NCBI GenBank assembly: GCA_964643965.1 | Contig: CAZXVH010000001.1 | Span: 54,980-118,979 of the forward strand | Length of the DNA: 64,000 nucleotides | DNA from: an uncultured Ardenticatenaceae bacterium | GTDB taxonomy: Bacteria > Chloroflexota > Anaerolineae > Promineifilales > Promineifilaceae | Direction of reading: 5' to 3' | Shown here: positions 39,807 to 48,288 of the stretch, piece after piece | How positions within the stretch are numbered: position 1 is the stretch's first letter | Layout: each line of letters opens with the position of its first letter | Program-made: the position numbers and the translations under genes | Notes under the pieces: model-generated | Told to the model about the DNA's origin: nothing | Databases searched by the model: none | Seen by the model: only the letters and a program-made list of their open reading frames with translations

Positions 39807-41360
39807 ATGAGCAAGGTATTCCTATACGACACCACCCTGCGCGACGGCACCCAGCGGGAAGGCATCTCCCTTTCGCTGGATGACAAGCTAAAAATTGCCA
39901 GGAAACTGGATGAGTTTGGCATCGACTATATCGAAGGCGGCTGGCCCGGTTCTAATCCCAAAGATGTGGATTTCTTCCGTAAAGTGTCCACATTGAACCT
40001 GAAACACGCCAAAATAACCGCCTTTGGCAGCACCCGGCGCAAAAACTCCGAGGTAAGCACCGACCCCAACATCATGGCGCTGTTGGACGCCAATACGCCG
40101 GTCATTACCCTGGTGGGTAAAAGCTGGGATTTGCACGTTGAAGATGTGTTAGAAACGACAATGGCCGAAAACCTGAATATGATCGGCGAGAGCGTGGCCT
40201 ACTGTCGCGCTCAAGGCAAAGAGGTCGTCTATGATGCTGAACATTTCTTCGACGGCTACAAAGCCAATCCTGAATATGCGGTGGCCACGGTGAAAACGGC
40301 CGCTATCAATGGCGCGAATAGTGTGGTGCTGTGCGATACCAACGGCGGCTCTCTGCCCTGGGAGATCGAAGAGATTGTGCGGGATGTGAAGGCGCAATTG
40401 GGGGAAACGGCCGTTGGTATTCATACGCATGATGATGGCGGCATGGGCGATGCAAATTCGCTGGCGGCCGTGCGTGCTGGCGCCAATCAAGTGCAAGGCA
40501 CGATCAACGGTTATGGTGAACGGGTGGCTAACGCCAACCTCTGCACCGTCATCGCCGATTTGCAGCTCAAAATGGGCAAGGAATGCGTCTCCGCTGAGAA
40601 CCTGACCAAGTTGACCGAACTGTCGCGCTACGTGGCCGAAGTGGCTAATTTGACCCACGATACGCAGTTCCCCTTTGTCGGCGCCAATGCCTTTGCCCAC
40701 AAGGGCGGCATCCACGTGGCCGCCATGCGTAAAAATCCATTGAGCTACCAACACATCGACCCGCCGCTGGTGGGCAATCAGCAGCGTAGCGTCGTCTCCG
40801 AGCTGTCTGGGCGTGGCAATTTGTTCGATAAAGCTGAGCAGTTTGGCCTGGATATTGACAGTCTCGATTTGAAAGCGGCGCTGGAGCAGATCAAAGAAAT
40901 GGAGCATAAGGGCTTCACCTATGAAGGGGCGGAAGCGTCTGTGGAACTGCTCATGCGCCGTACCCATCCCGCCTACGTGCCGCCTTTTGAACTGATCGAC
41001 TTCATGGTGGTGGTGCAGCAGCGCAAGAAGCGGGGCATGTTGGCCGAAGCGACCGTCAAAGTGCGCGTGGGGCCGAAATTGGTGCATACGGCCGCTGAAG
41101 GCAACGGCCCTGTCAATGCTCTGGATGGGGCGCTGCGCCGGGCGTTGGTGGATGTGTATCCGCGCCTGGCAGAGGTGCGCTTGGCGGATTATAAAGTGCG
41201 TATCATCGACAGTGACCGGGCCACGGCCGCTACCACTCGTGTGCTTATCGACACGGTTTATGGCAGTAATCGCTGGTCTACCATCGGCGCCAGTTCCAAT
41301 ATCATTGAAGCCAGTTGGCTGGCGCTGGCGGATAGCATGGAGTATGCGCTGCTGCAATAA
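39807..41360 (+). CDS. cimA: Citramalate synthase (CimA-type LeuA homolog)
   Basis: Start at MSKVFLYDTTLRDGTQREGISLS..YIEGGWPGSNPKD, a pattern I associate with CimA rather than LeuA; 517 aa. Confidence 0.7.
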   Translation: MSKVFLYDTTLRDGTQREGISLSLDDKLKIARKLDEFGIDYIEGGWPGSNPKDVDFFRKVSTLNLKHAKITAFGSTRRKNSEVSTDPNIMALLDANTPVITLVGKSWDLHVEDVLETTMAENLNMIGESVAYCRAQGKEVVYDAEHFFDGYKANPEYAVATVKTAAINGANSVVLCDTNGGSLPWEIEEIVRDVKAQLGETAVGIHTHDDGGMGDANSLAAVRAGANQVQGTINGYGERVANANLCTVIADLQLKMGKECVSAENLTKLTELSRYVAEVANLTHDTQFPFVGANAFAHKGGIHVAAMRKNPLSYQHIDPPLVGNQQRSVVSELSGRGNLFDKAEQFGLDIDSLDLKAALEQIKEMEHKGFTYEGAEASVELLMRRTHPAYVPPFELIDFMVVVQQRKKRGMLAEATVKVRVGPKLVHTAAEGNGPVNALDGALRRALVDVYPRLAEVRLADYKVRIIDSDRATAATTRVLIDTVYGSNRWSTIGASSNIIEASWLALADSMEYALLQ

Positions 41361-41497
41361 GAATTGACCATCCACCGAGGAGGAAGGACGAATGTTGGTC
41401 AATCCTCTTTCGTCTTTGGTCATTTTTGTGGCACAATGACTAACAAACTCTTTTCAGAGTTGTGTACAATAAGATTCAATTCGAGTGTGTGGAGATA

Positions 41498-41719
41498 ATG
41501 ATGATTGAATACACAACAGCTTATAAAGATCGACTCTTGAAGGAAATTAATGCAACACCGGAAGAATATTTACCGGCATTACTCAATATTGTGCGCTCCT
41601 ATCGTCAGAGTGTCAGCCTAAACCCAGCAGATGAGAGTTTCCGCCAAGGCTGGCAAGAGGCGATGAAAGGTGAAACATTGCCACTAGCAGGTCTTTGGGA
41701 AGGCATTGATGCCGAGTGA
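41498..41719 (+). CDS. Type II antitoxin-like protein (partner of the downstream RelE/ParE-family gene)
   Basis: Start at MMIEY (GGAGA RBS); small acidic protein; its stop overlaps the toxin start region. Confidence 0.55.
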   Translation: MMIEYTTAYKDRLLKEINATPEEYLPALLNIVRSYRQSVSLNPADESFRQGWQEAMKGETLPLAGLWEGIDAE

Positions 41720-42052
41720 CGCAGAAAATTTGAGTTCAAACGTAATCTACGTGCTTTAGCAAAGAAATACCGACATATCCGTTCAGATATTGAGCCTATT
41801 CTCGAACAATTACAAAAAGGTGAATTTATAGGGGATCAAGTGCCACGTACAGGCTATACAATTTACAAAGTCCGTGTCAAAAATCAAGATTTAAAGAAGG
41901 GAAAACGCTCAGGTTATCGGTTGCTTTATTATCTAAAAACCAAAACCCATGTCATCCTAATCACAATTTATTCTAAAACAGAACAATCGGATGTTTCCGC
42001 CAATCAGGTTCACCAAATTATTAGCGCGTATGAAAAGACAGAGCAATCGTAA
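41709..42052 (+). pseudogene. RelE/ParE-family toxin disrupted by a frameshift in an A4T3 run
   Basis: ATG at 41709 reads MPSDAEN.. and stops after 16 codons. The toxin frame (KFEFKRNLRALAKKYRHIRSDIEPILEQLQKGEFIGDQVPRTGYTIYKVRVKNQDLKKGKRSGYRLLYYL...IYSKTEQSD) opens at 41720 without a start codon. One extra A at 41725-41728 would join the two frames. Confidence 0.55.
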
Positions 42053-42068
42053 ATTCTACAGAATTTGA

Positions 42069-43067
42069 ATGATAAAGAACAAAACATTAACTGAAACGAC
42101 AAGTAATTGGCGCGAACAGGTTGAGGAACTGCAAAAGCTGTTAACTGTGGTTCAAGTTGAGCTGATTGATGCAGAAGCTGGCCTGGCGGAGCGGCTGGCG
42201 GCGATCAGTGCTTTTGAGTTTCGGCTGCGGGCGCTGACCATTCGCCTGGTGGAACGATTGGACAAGTTGGAAGCTGAAATCCGCGCCTTTCGCAAACAGT
42301 TACGCCATCTGGACAACAGCTTTTTTGATGACGAAGAAGGTTCCTGGTCGGTGGATGAGGTGGAAGATGTGGCCACGGGAAAGGGCGCTCAAGCGGAAGG
42401 GGCGTATCGGTATCGGGATGCGGCGCCAGGGGAAGCGCCGCCAGAATTGGATGCAGATGAAGGGGCAGAACTGAAGAAGTTGTACCGGCTGTTGGCCCGT
42501 CGGTTTCACCCTGATTTGGCGTTGGATGAGGCAGATCGAGCCTATCGCACCCAGTTGATGATGTCGATTAACACGGCGTATGCAGCACATGATTTGGACG
42601 CCTTACGCCAACTGGCGCTGGAACCGGATTCGGGTCATAACCTGGCATTGGCTGATTCTGACCAACTGCTGGCCGAAGCGCTGCTGCGTGAACTGGATCG
42701 CTGTCGGCGTCGCCTCCAGGAAATTAAGGAGGAGATGGCGCGGTTGAAGAAGCATAATAGCGCCAGGTTGATGAAACAGGCGGAACAGGTAAGGGCAAAC
42801 GGCCGTTCCTGGGAAGATGAGGTGTTAGATCAGCTGCAAGAACAAATTGCCCGCAAGATGGTAGAACGAGACGTACTCAAACAGGAGGTCGACTTTCATT
42901 CTGGGACTGAGTCCCAGGTGGATAGCGACGCCTTCGCCGATGCGGTGTGGGACATCACCCTGGATTCCGCTTATGACGAGGATCCCGATGTGGAAGCGGC
43001 CGAATATTACAATCGGCGGCGCGAGCGGTTTACCTATAAAGAAGATATTCTGGATGATAATGGGTGA
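42069..43067 (+). CDS. J-domain (DnaJ-like) coiled-coil protein
   Basis: LKKLYRLLARRFHPDLALDE...INTAYAAHDLDALRQL carries the HPD signature; no Zn-finger or DnaJ C-terminal domain; flanking coiled-coil segments. Confidence 0.7.
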   Translation: MIKNKTLTETTSNWREQVEELQKLLTVVQVELIDAEAGLAERLAAISAFEFRLRALTIRLVERLDKLEAEIRAFRKQLRHLDNSFFDDEEGSWSVDEVEDVATGKGAQAEGAYRYRDAAPGEAPPELDADEGAELKKLYRLLARRFHPDLALDEADRAYRTQLMMSINTAYAAHDLDALRQLALEPDSGHNLALADSDQLLAEALLRELDRCRRRLQEIKEEMARLKKHNSARLMKQAEQVRANGRSWEDEVLDQLQEQIARKMVERDVLKQEVDFHSGTESQVDSDAFADAVWDITLDSAYDEDPDVEAAEYYNRRRERFTYKEDILDDNG

Positions 43068-43130
43068 TGACTTGTCAATGCCGTTTCGTTAACAATTGAC
43101 AATTATTTTGGAGTTTATGTTTTGTGGCTT

Positions 43131-43139
43131 TGGTATAAT
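43131..43139 (+). promoter_or_regulatory. Candidate extended -10 promoter (TGgTATAAT) for the MNT/HEPN pair
   Basis: TGnTATAAT 17 nt before the ATG at 43157. Confidence 0.4.
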
Positions 43140-43156
43140 GCCGATAGAGGCAAAAT

Positions 43157-43453
43157 ATGAATTTAGATGATTTGATGAACCAAGAAAATCTGCAAGCATT
43201 TTGCCAACAGCATCACATTCGCAAGCTGGCTGTTTTTGGTTCCGCCTTGACGGACGATTTTCAAGCAGACAGCGACATTGATTTGTTGGTTGAATTTGAA
43301 CCTGGACATACACCTGGGCTGGCTTTTTTCACTATTCAAGAGGAACTATCGGAGCTTTTAGGACGGCAAGTCGATTTACATACACCAAACTCGTTAAGTC
43401 CCTATTTTCGAGAAACAGTCATCAGAGAAGCCCGAGTTCACTATGCAGCGTGA
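43157..43453 (+). CDS. MNT-type nucleotidyltransferase antitoxin (MntA-like)
   Basis: LAVFGSALTDDFQADSDIDLLVEF (GS...DxD nucleotidyltransferase motif). Confidence 0.8.
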   Translation: MNLDDLMNQENLQAFCQQHHIRKLAVFGSALTDDFQADSDIDLLVEFEPGHTPGLAFFTIQEELSELLGRQVDLHTPNSLSPYFRETVIREARVHYAA

Positions 43454-43775
43454 TGAAGTCCGTTTGCGCCACATGCTGGATGCTGCTGAAGAAGCGGTTT
43501 CTTTTATGGTTGATCATACACGATCTGATTTAGATACAGATAAGCTATTGGCTTTGGCAATGGTTCGCTTACTGGAAATCATTGGAGAAGCAGCCCATGC
43601 AGTGACAGAAGAAACGCAACAGAAAAACCCACAAATCCCTTGGCGACAAATTAAAGGTACACGTAATCGCCTCATCCATGGCTATTATCATGTTGACATG
43701 GATATTGTGTGGCAAATTGTTAGACAAGACTTGCCACCATTGATTGCTAATTTGGAAAAGATGATCAATAGTTGA
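43443..43775 (+). CDS. HEPN/DUF86 toxin (HepT-like)
   Basis: RNRLIHGYYHVD (Rx4-6H HEPN motif); 11-nt overlap with the MNT gene. Confidence 0.8.
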   Translation: MQRDEVRLRHMLDAAEEAVSFMVDHTRSDLDTDKLLALAMVRLLEIIGEAAHAVTEETQQKNPQIPWRQIKGTRNRLIHGYYHVDMDIVWQIVRQDLPPLIANLEKMINS

Positions 43776-43896
43776 TAATGGCCGTTTATCGTTAAAGGTT
43801 TAGTGTAGAAGAAAGCAGATTATGAGCCATCCACTTTATGACGTGACCGCTTTTGAGATCATTGTGCCGCAAAAATATTATTTCTAGAGGTATATT

Positions 43897-44373
43897 ATGC
43901 ACCCATCAGCACAAAAAGTAGCAGACGCGGCCCAGGATTTGGGCTTGGATATCGAGATTGTAGAGTTTGAGCAGACGACCCGGTCGGCGCAGGAAGCGGC
44001 CGATGCCATTGACTGTGAAGTGGCGCAGATTGTGAAGAGCTTGTGTTTTGTGGTAAACGGCCGTTCCACCATCTGTCTCGTCTCGGGCGCAAATCAACTG
44101 GATGAGCGCAAGCTGGCCGCCTTGGCCGGTGTGGGGCGCAAACAAGTTAAACGCGCCGACGCCGATACCGTGAAAGCGACGACAGGCTTTAGCATTGGCG
44201 GCGTACCACCCTTCGGTCACACTACAGAAATGCCTATTTACATCGATGAAGATTTGATGCAGTTCGACGTGGTTTGGGCAGCGGCCGGCACGCCATTTGC
44301 GGTATTTCCCATCAAACCTGGGGATTTGATAACCAATGATAATTGTAAAATTGCTGAATTGAGAAAGGCTTAA
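43897..44373 (+). CDS. YbaK/EbsC-family aminoacyl-tRNA editing domain protein
   Basis: 158 aa; [11 protein letters not shown]...SGANQLD..K...[12 protein letters not shown] pattern of YbaK/ProX. Confidence 0.75.
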   Translation: MHPSAQKVADAAQDLGLDIEIVEFEQTTRSAQEAADAIDCEVAQIVKSLCFVVNGRSTICLVSGANQLDERKLAALAGVGRKQVKRADADTVKATTGFSIGGVPPFGHTTEMPIYIDEDLMQFDVVWAAAGTPFAVFPIKPGDLITNDNCKIAELRKA

Positions 44374-44440
44374 CGGCCGTTTTCCACCCACTATCCCCCC
44401 ACAAACAAACTTACTAACCACCCAAGAAGAAGGAGAACTG

Positions 44441-45517
44441 ATGCAAGCCAAAATAACCCTGCTGCCCGGTGATGGCATCGGGCCGGAAGTCGTGGCCGAG
44501 GCGTGTAAAGTATTGGATGTCGTCGCCGGCAAATTCGACCATACATTCGTCTACAATACGCAGCTCGCGGGCGGCATCGCCATCGACGAGACAGGTAATC
44601 CGCTGCCAGAAGAGACGCTGGGCGCTTGCCTGGAAAGCGACGCCGTCCTGTTGGGCGCCGTCGGTGGCCCCAAGTGGAGCGATCCCACCGCCAAAGTACG
44701 CCCGGAACAAGGGCTGCTCAAACTGCGTAAAGCGCTCAACGCCTTTGCCAACCTGCGCCCCGTCAAAGTGTTTGACGCCCTGGCCGACGCCAGCCCGTTG
44801 AAAGCAGAACGGGTGGCCGGCGTGGACATCATGTTCGTGCGCGAACTGACGGGCGGCATCTACTTCGGGCAGCCCTCGGGGCGGGAAATGGTTCCCGAAG
44901 GGCGCAGCGGCCACGACACCATGCGTTATAACGAAATGGAGATCAAGCGCGTCTTGCGTGTGGGTTTTGAATTGGCGCGGAGCCGTCGCCATAAACTGGT
45001 ATCGGTGGACAAGGCCAACGTGCTGTCTTCGATGCGCGTCTGGCGGGAAGTGGCGCATGAAGTGGCTGCTGAATATCCTGACGTAGCATACGAAGACCTG
45101 CTGGTCGATGCTATGGCCATGTATCTCATCAATCGTCCGGCTGATTTTGATGTGGTGGTCACAGGCAATATGTTCGGCGACATTCTCTCGGATGAAGCGT
45201 CGATGATCACGGGGTCGTTGGGGATGCTGCCCTCGGCTTCGTTGGGCGAAAAAGGTTCCATCGGCCTGTATGAACCAATCCACGGCTCGGCGCCCGACAT
45301 TGCCGGCAAAGGCATTGCCAATCCGTTGGCGACCATCTTATCAACCGCGATGATGCTGCGCTGGACGTTTGAGTTGCAAAAAGAGGCGGAGGCGGTGGAA
45401 ACGGCCGTTTCCACCGTATTAGCCGCCGGTCATCGCACCGGCGACATCGCCCATCACGGCGAAACATCAATTGGCACAGAAGCCATGGGGGATTTGGTCG
45501 CCAAAAAGCTAGAGTAA
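44441..45517 (+). CDS. leuB: 3-isopropylmalate dehydrogenase
   Basis: [45 protein letters not shown] motifs. Confidence 0.9.
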   Translation: MQAKITLLPGDGIGPEVVAEACKVLDVVAGKFDHTFVYNTQLAGGIAIDETGNPLPEETLGACLESDAVLLGAVGGPKWSDPTAKVRPEQGLLKLRKALNAFANLRPVKVFDALADASPLKAERVAGVDIMFVRELTGGIYFGQPSGREMVPEGRSGHDTMRYNEMEIKRVLRVGFELARSRRHKLVSVDKANVLSSMRVWREVAHEVAAEYPDVAYEDLLVDAMAMYLINRPADFDVVVTGNMFGDILSDEASMITGSLGMLPSASLGEKGSIGLYEPIHGSAPDIAGKGIANPLATILSTAMMLRWTFELQKEAEAVETAVSTVLAAGHRTGDIAHHGETSIGTEAMGDLVAKKLE

Positions 45518-45567
45518 AGAGCGAGAGCGAGAGCGAGAGGAAAACCAACACCCTCTCGCTCTTGCTC
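45518..45567. repeat. Hexamer-repeat hairpin between convergent leuB and pfk
   Basis: AGAGCGAGAGCGAGAGCGAGAGG-loop-CTCTCGCTCTTGCTC. Confidence 0.8.
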
Positions 45568-45577
45568 AAACCTCTCG

Positions 45578-46744
45578 CTAATAGAGGAACATCGGCTTGC
45601 CCAGGACGTGGCGCACTTTGGGCCGGTACTGCGTTCTGTCATACAGTTCATCCACATCCACGCGCTTGACGCTGCTGGTGACCATGCTCACGGGGATGTG
45701 GGTGTACGTGCCGTCACGCAGCGCCACCATGCGCCCACTGACGCCATCTTCAATGAGATCCATCGCCAGATGCGCGTAGTTAGCCGCCACCATCAAGTCG
45801 AGGGCGTCAGGCGCGCCGGAGCGCATCAGATAGCCGATGCGCTGATTAATGATGTTTTGGCCGGTGATTTTCTTGATGGCTTCAGCTGTAATTTCGCCGA
45901 TGCCGCCCAGTTTACGATGCCCATATGCATCCGCTTCGCCGTATTCCACCACTGCGCCGCCAGCCATATGCGCGCCTTCGCTGATAGAGATGATGGCGTA
46001 GTTGCTGGGATTACTCCTTTTGTCTTCCAACACGAACGCCGCCAATTTTTCGGGGTCAAAGGGCACCTCAGAAATGAGCGCCCGATCTACGCCCGCCAGA
46101 TAGGAGCTGATGAGACTGGTTTCGCCGCTATTGCGCCCAAATAGCTCCACGACGGCGATGCGTTCATGGGAACCGGTGCTGGTGCGGAGTTGGTTGAGGA
46201 ACTGGACGCTGCGGGTAACGGCCGTTGAGAAACCAATGCAGTAATCCGTGCCATAGACATCGTTGTCCATTGTTTTGGGAATGGCAATGACGGGGAAGCC
46301 TTCACTGTGCAAGCGCTCGCCGTAGCTCAAGGTGTCATCGCCGCCAATGGGGATGAGCCGTTCAATGCCCAGGTATTCCAAATTCGATAACACATGGGGC
46401 GTAAAATCCCGCAGCCGGTTATCCTCCGCTTCCGCGTCTAAATGGTCTGGGTCTTTTAGGAAATCTGGCACACGGTGCCGGCTCACTTTGCCCGGGTGGG
46501 TGCGGCTGGTGTGTAAGAACGTGCCGCCAGTGCGATCAATCTTACGCACGACTTGATTGTCCAGGGGGATGAAGTTTTTCTCAAAACTGTCGGGATCATC
46601 CTGGTTAAAATCTAACAAACCACCCCAGCCGCGACGTACGCCCACAATCTCGTGCCCTTGTGCAATGGCCCGGTTTACCACCGCTTTGATGCATGGATTC
46701 AGCCCCGGCACATCGCCGCCGCCTGTTAAAATACCTAATTTCAT
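45578..46744 (-). CDS. 6-phosphofructokinase paralog 1 (PPi-type signature residues)
   Basis: [25 protein letters not shown] (Asp at the E. coli Gly104 position), IPKTMDNDV (Lys at the Gly124 position); 388 aa. Confidence 0.85.
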   Translation of the reverse strand: MKLGILTGGGDVPGLNPCIKAVVNRAIAQGHEIVGVRRGWGGLLDFNQDDPDSFEKNFIPLDNQVVRKIDRTGGTFLHTSRTHPGKVSRHRVPDFLKDPDHLDAEAEDNRLRDFTPHVLSNLEYLGIERLIPIGGDDTLSYGERLHSEGFPVIAIPKTMDNDVYGTDYCIGFSTAVTRSVQFLNQLRTSTGSHERIAVVELFGRNSGETSLISSYLAGVDRALISEVPFDPEKLAAFVLEDKRSNPSNYAIISISEGAHMAGGAVVEYGEADAYGHRKLGGIGEITAEAIKKITGQNIINQRIGYLMRSGAPDALDLMVAANYAHLAMDLIEDGVSGRMVALRDGTYTHIPVSMVTSSVKRVDVDELYDRTQYRPKVRHVLGKPMFLY

Positions 46745-46765
46745 GTAATCTTATCTCCTTGGATT

Positions 46766-46837
46766 TAGTCGGATAGTCGGATAGTCGGGTAGTCGGGTAG
46801 TCGAGTAGTCGGGTAGTCGAGTAGTCGAGTAGTCGGG
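46766..46837. repeat. Nine tandem octamers (TAGTCGGA/TAGTCGGG/TAGTCGAG)
   Basis: Read directly, starts 22 nt upstream of the pfk paralog 1 start. Confidence 0.95.
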
Positions 46838-46864
46838 TGGTTGGTGCATTGGTTGTAAACTGTT

Positions 46865-47018
46865 TACCGATTATCGATTACCGATTACTGTTCACTGTCC
46901 GCCGTTCGCTGTCCACTGTTCACTGCCCACTGTCCACTGCCGACTGCCCACTGCCCACTGTCCACTGTCCACTGTCCACTGTCCACTGCCCACTGTTCAC
47001 TGTCCACTGCCCACTGTC
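46865..47018. repeat. 22 tandem heptamers (CACTGTC/CACTGCC/CACTGTT and variants)
   Basis: Read directly in 7-nt phase from 46865; ends 3 nt before the stop of pfk paralog 2. Reverse complement GACAGTG is the same word as the CAGTGGA array at 33788. Confidence 0.95.
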
Positions 47019-47021
47019 GTG

Positions 47022-48227
47022 CTACCCTTCACTCGTCATAATCAACAATGGTTTCATCTCAAAGCTTTTGTAGTGGGGGCGCAGGCGTTCGGTATTGTAG
47101 AACTGTTTGACATCCACGAACTTTTTGCTGCTGGTGACGACGGTGATGGGCACATTGTCATAACGGCCGTTCTTCAACACCACTAAACGGCCGTAAATAT
47201 TGTTCAAAATCAAATCCAGCGCCAGATTGCCATAGGCCATGGGCACAATCGAATCCACTGCATCCGGATCGCCAGAGCGTACCAGATAACCCAGCTTCTG
47301 GATAATCGGATCAATCCGTCTACCTTTATTAAACTTAGGCGAAATCTCCTTCAACTTCTGGCCCACCACTTCGCCAATGCCGCCCAGCTTGGCGTGACCA
47401 TACATATCCAATTCAGAATCTTTGAAGATCATATCGCCGCCTTCAAACATGGCTCCTTCTGAAATCAGCACCACCGAATAACGGCTCGGATTCTTAAATC
47501 GATCCTCCGCCAGTAGTTCCGTTAACCGCTCGATATTGAACTTATACTCTGGGATCACGCAACGATTGGCCGCTCCCGCCATTGTGGGCAGCATCGCCGT
47601 AAAACCAGCATAGCGGCCAAACACCTCCAACACCAAAAAGCGCTCGTGCGAACCGGCCGAGGTGCGCAGGCGGTTTGTCATCTCAATGGTGCGGGTGACA
47701 CAGGTGCTAAAGCCAATGCAATAATCGGTGCCTGGCACATCGTTATCCATCGTTTTGGGAATGGCCACGACCTTGACCCCATGCTGGTACAACGTCACGC
47801 CATAACTCAGGGTATCGTCGCCGCCAATGGGGATGAGGTAATCAATGCCCAGATATTCCAGGTTTTTGATGATTTCTGGCGTCAAATCATTGATCTCTTC
47901 GTTGTACATCTCTTTTAGATGTTCAGGCACATCTTTTTTAGGCATATGGCTGGGGCGCGTACGTGAACTGTGCAAAAAAGTGCCGCCGGTGCGGCCGGCC
48001 TTGTTCACGATCTCCTCAGTCAGATCCACGTAATTATCGCTGTTGTCTGCCTTTTTATCGCGGATCAACTCTGTGATACCGGCCCAGCCGCGGCGTAAGC
48101 CAATCACCTTATACCCTTCGCGCACCGCCCGAATGGTTACCGCGCGTATGGCCGGATTAAGACCTGGCACATCGCCGCCACCTGTTAAGATCCCGATAAC
48201 CCCTTTGATTTTATTGACTTGTGTCAT
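47022..48227 (-). CDS. 6-phosphofructokinase paralog 2 (PPi-type signature residues)
   Basis: [34 protein letters not shown]; 401 aa. Confidence 0.85.
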   Translation of the reverse strand: MTQVNKIKGVIGILTGGGDVPGLNPAIRAVTIRAVREGYKVIGLRRGWAGITELIRDKKADNSDNYVDLTEEIVNKAGRTGGTFLHSSRTRPSHMPKKDVPEHLKEMYNEEINDLTPEIIKNLEYLGIDYLIPIGGDDTLSYGVTLYQHGVKVVAIPKTMDNDVPGTDYCIGFSTCVTRTIEMTNRLRTSAGSHERFLVLEVFGRYAGFTAMLPTMAGAANRCVIPEYKFNIERLTELLAEDRFKNPSRYSVVLISEGAMFEGGDMIFKDSELDMYGHAKLGGIGEVVGQKLKEISPKFNKGRRIDPIIQKLGYLVRSGDPDAVDSIVPMAYGNLALDLILNNIYGRLVVLKNGRYDNVPITVVTSSKKFVDVKQFYNTERLRPHYKSFEMKPLLIMTSEG

Positions 48228-48288
48228 GATTGCTATCTCCTAATTACAGTTCAGATTGGTTCAATCTCGTCTAATGAAAAGCGAACGT

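Noticed and set aside
40149-41423. 424-aa ORF on the minus strand opposite cimA. Similar long antisense ORFs lie at 6624-8147 opposite glnS, 13972-14811 opposite the WD40 gene, 44414-45283 opposite leuB, and 38131-38763 opposite leuC.
   Set aside because: These are shadow ORFs typical of GC-rich DNA. Their translations are Arg/His/Gly/Ala-rich with no recognisable motifs, they lack RBSs, and the opposite strand encodes clearly homologous proteins.
46837-47073. 78-aa ORF (…STVHCPLSTADCPLPTVHCPLSTVHCPL…). Related ORFs at 33662-33904 and 13819-14040 have similarly repetitive peptides.
   Set aside because: These are translations of the heptamer arrays themselves. The periodic peptides are an artefact of the 7-nt repeats read over 21-nt cycles, not genes.
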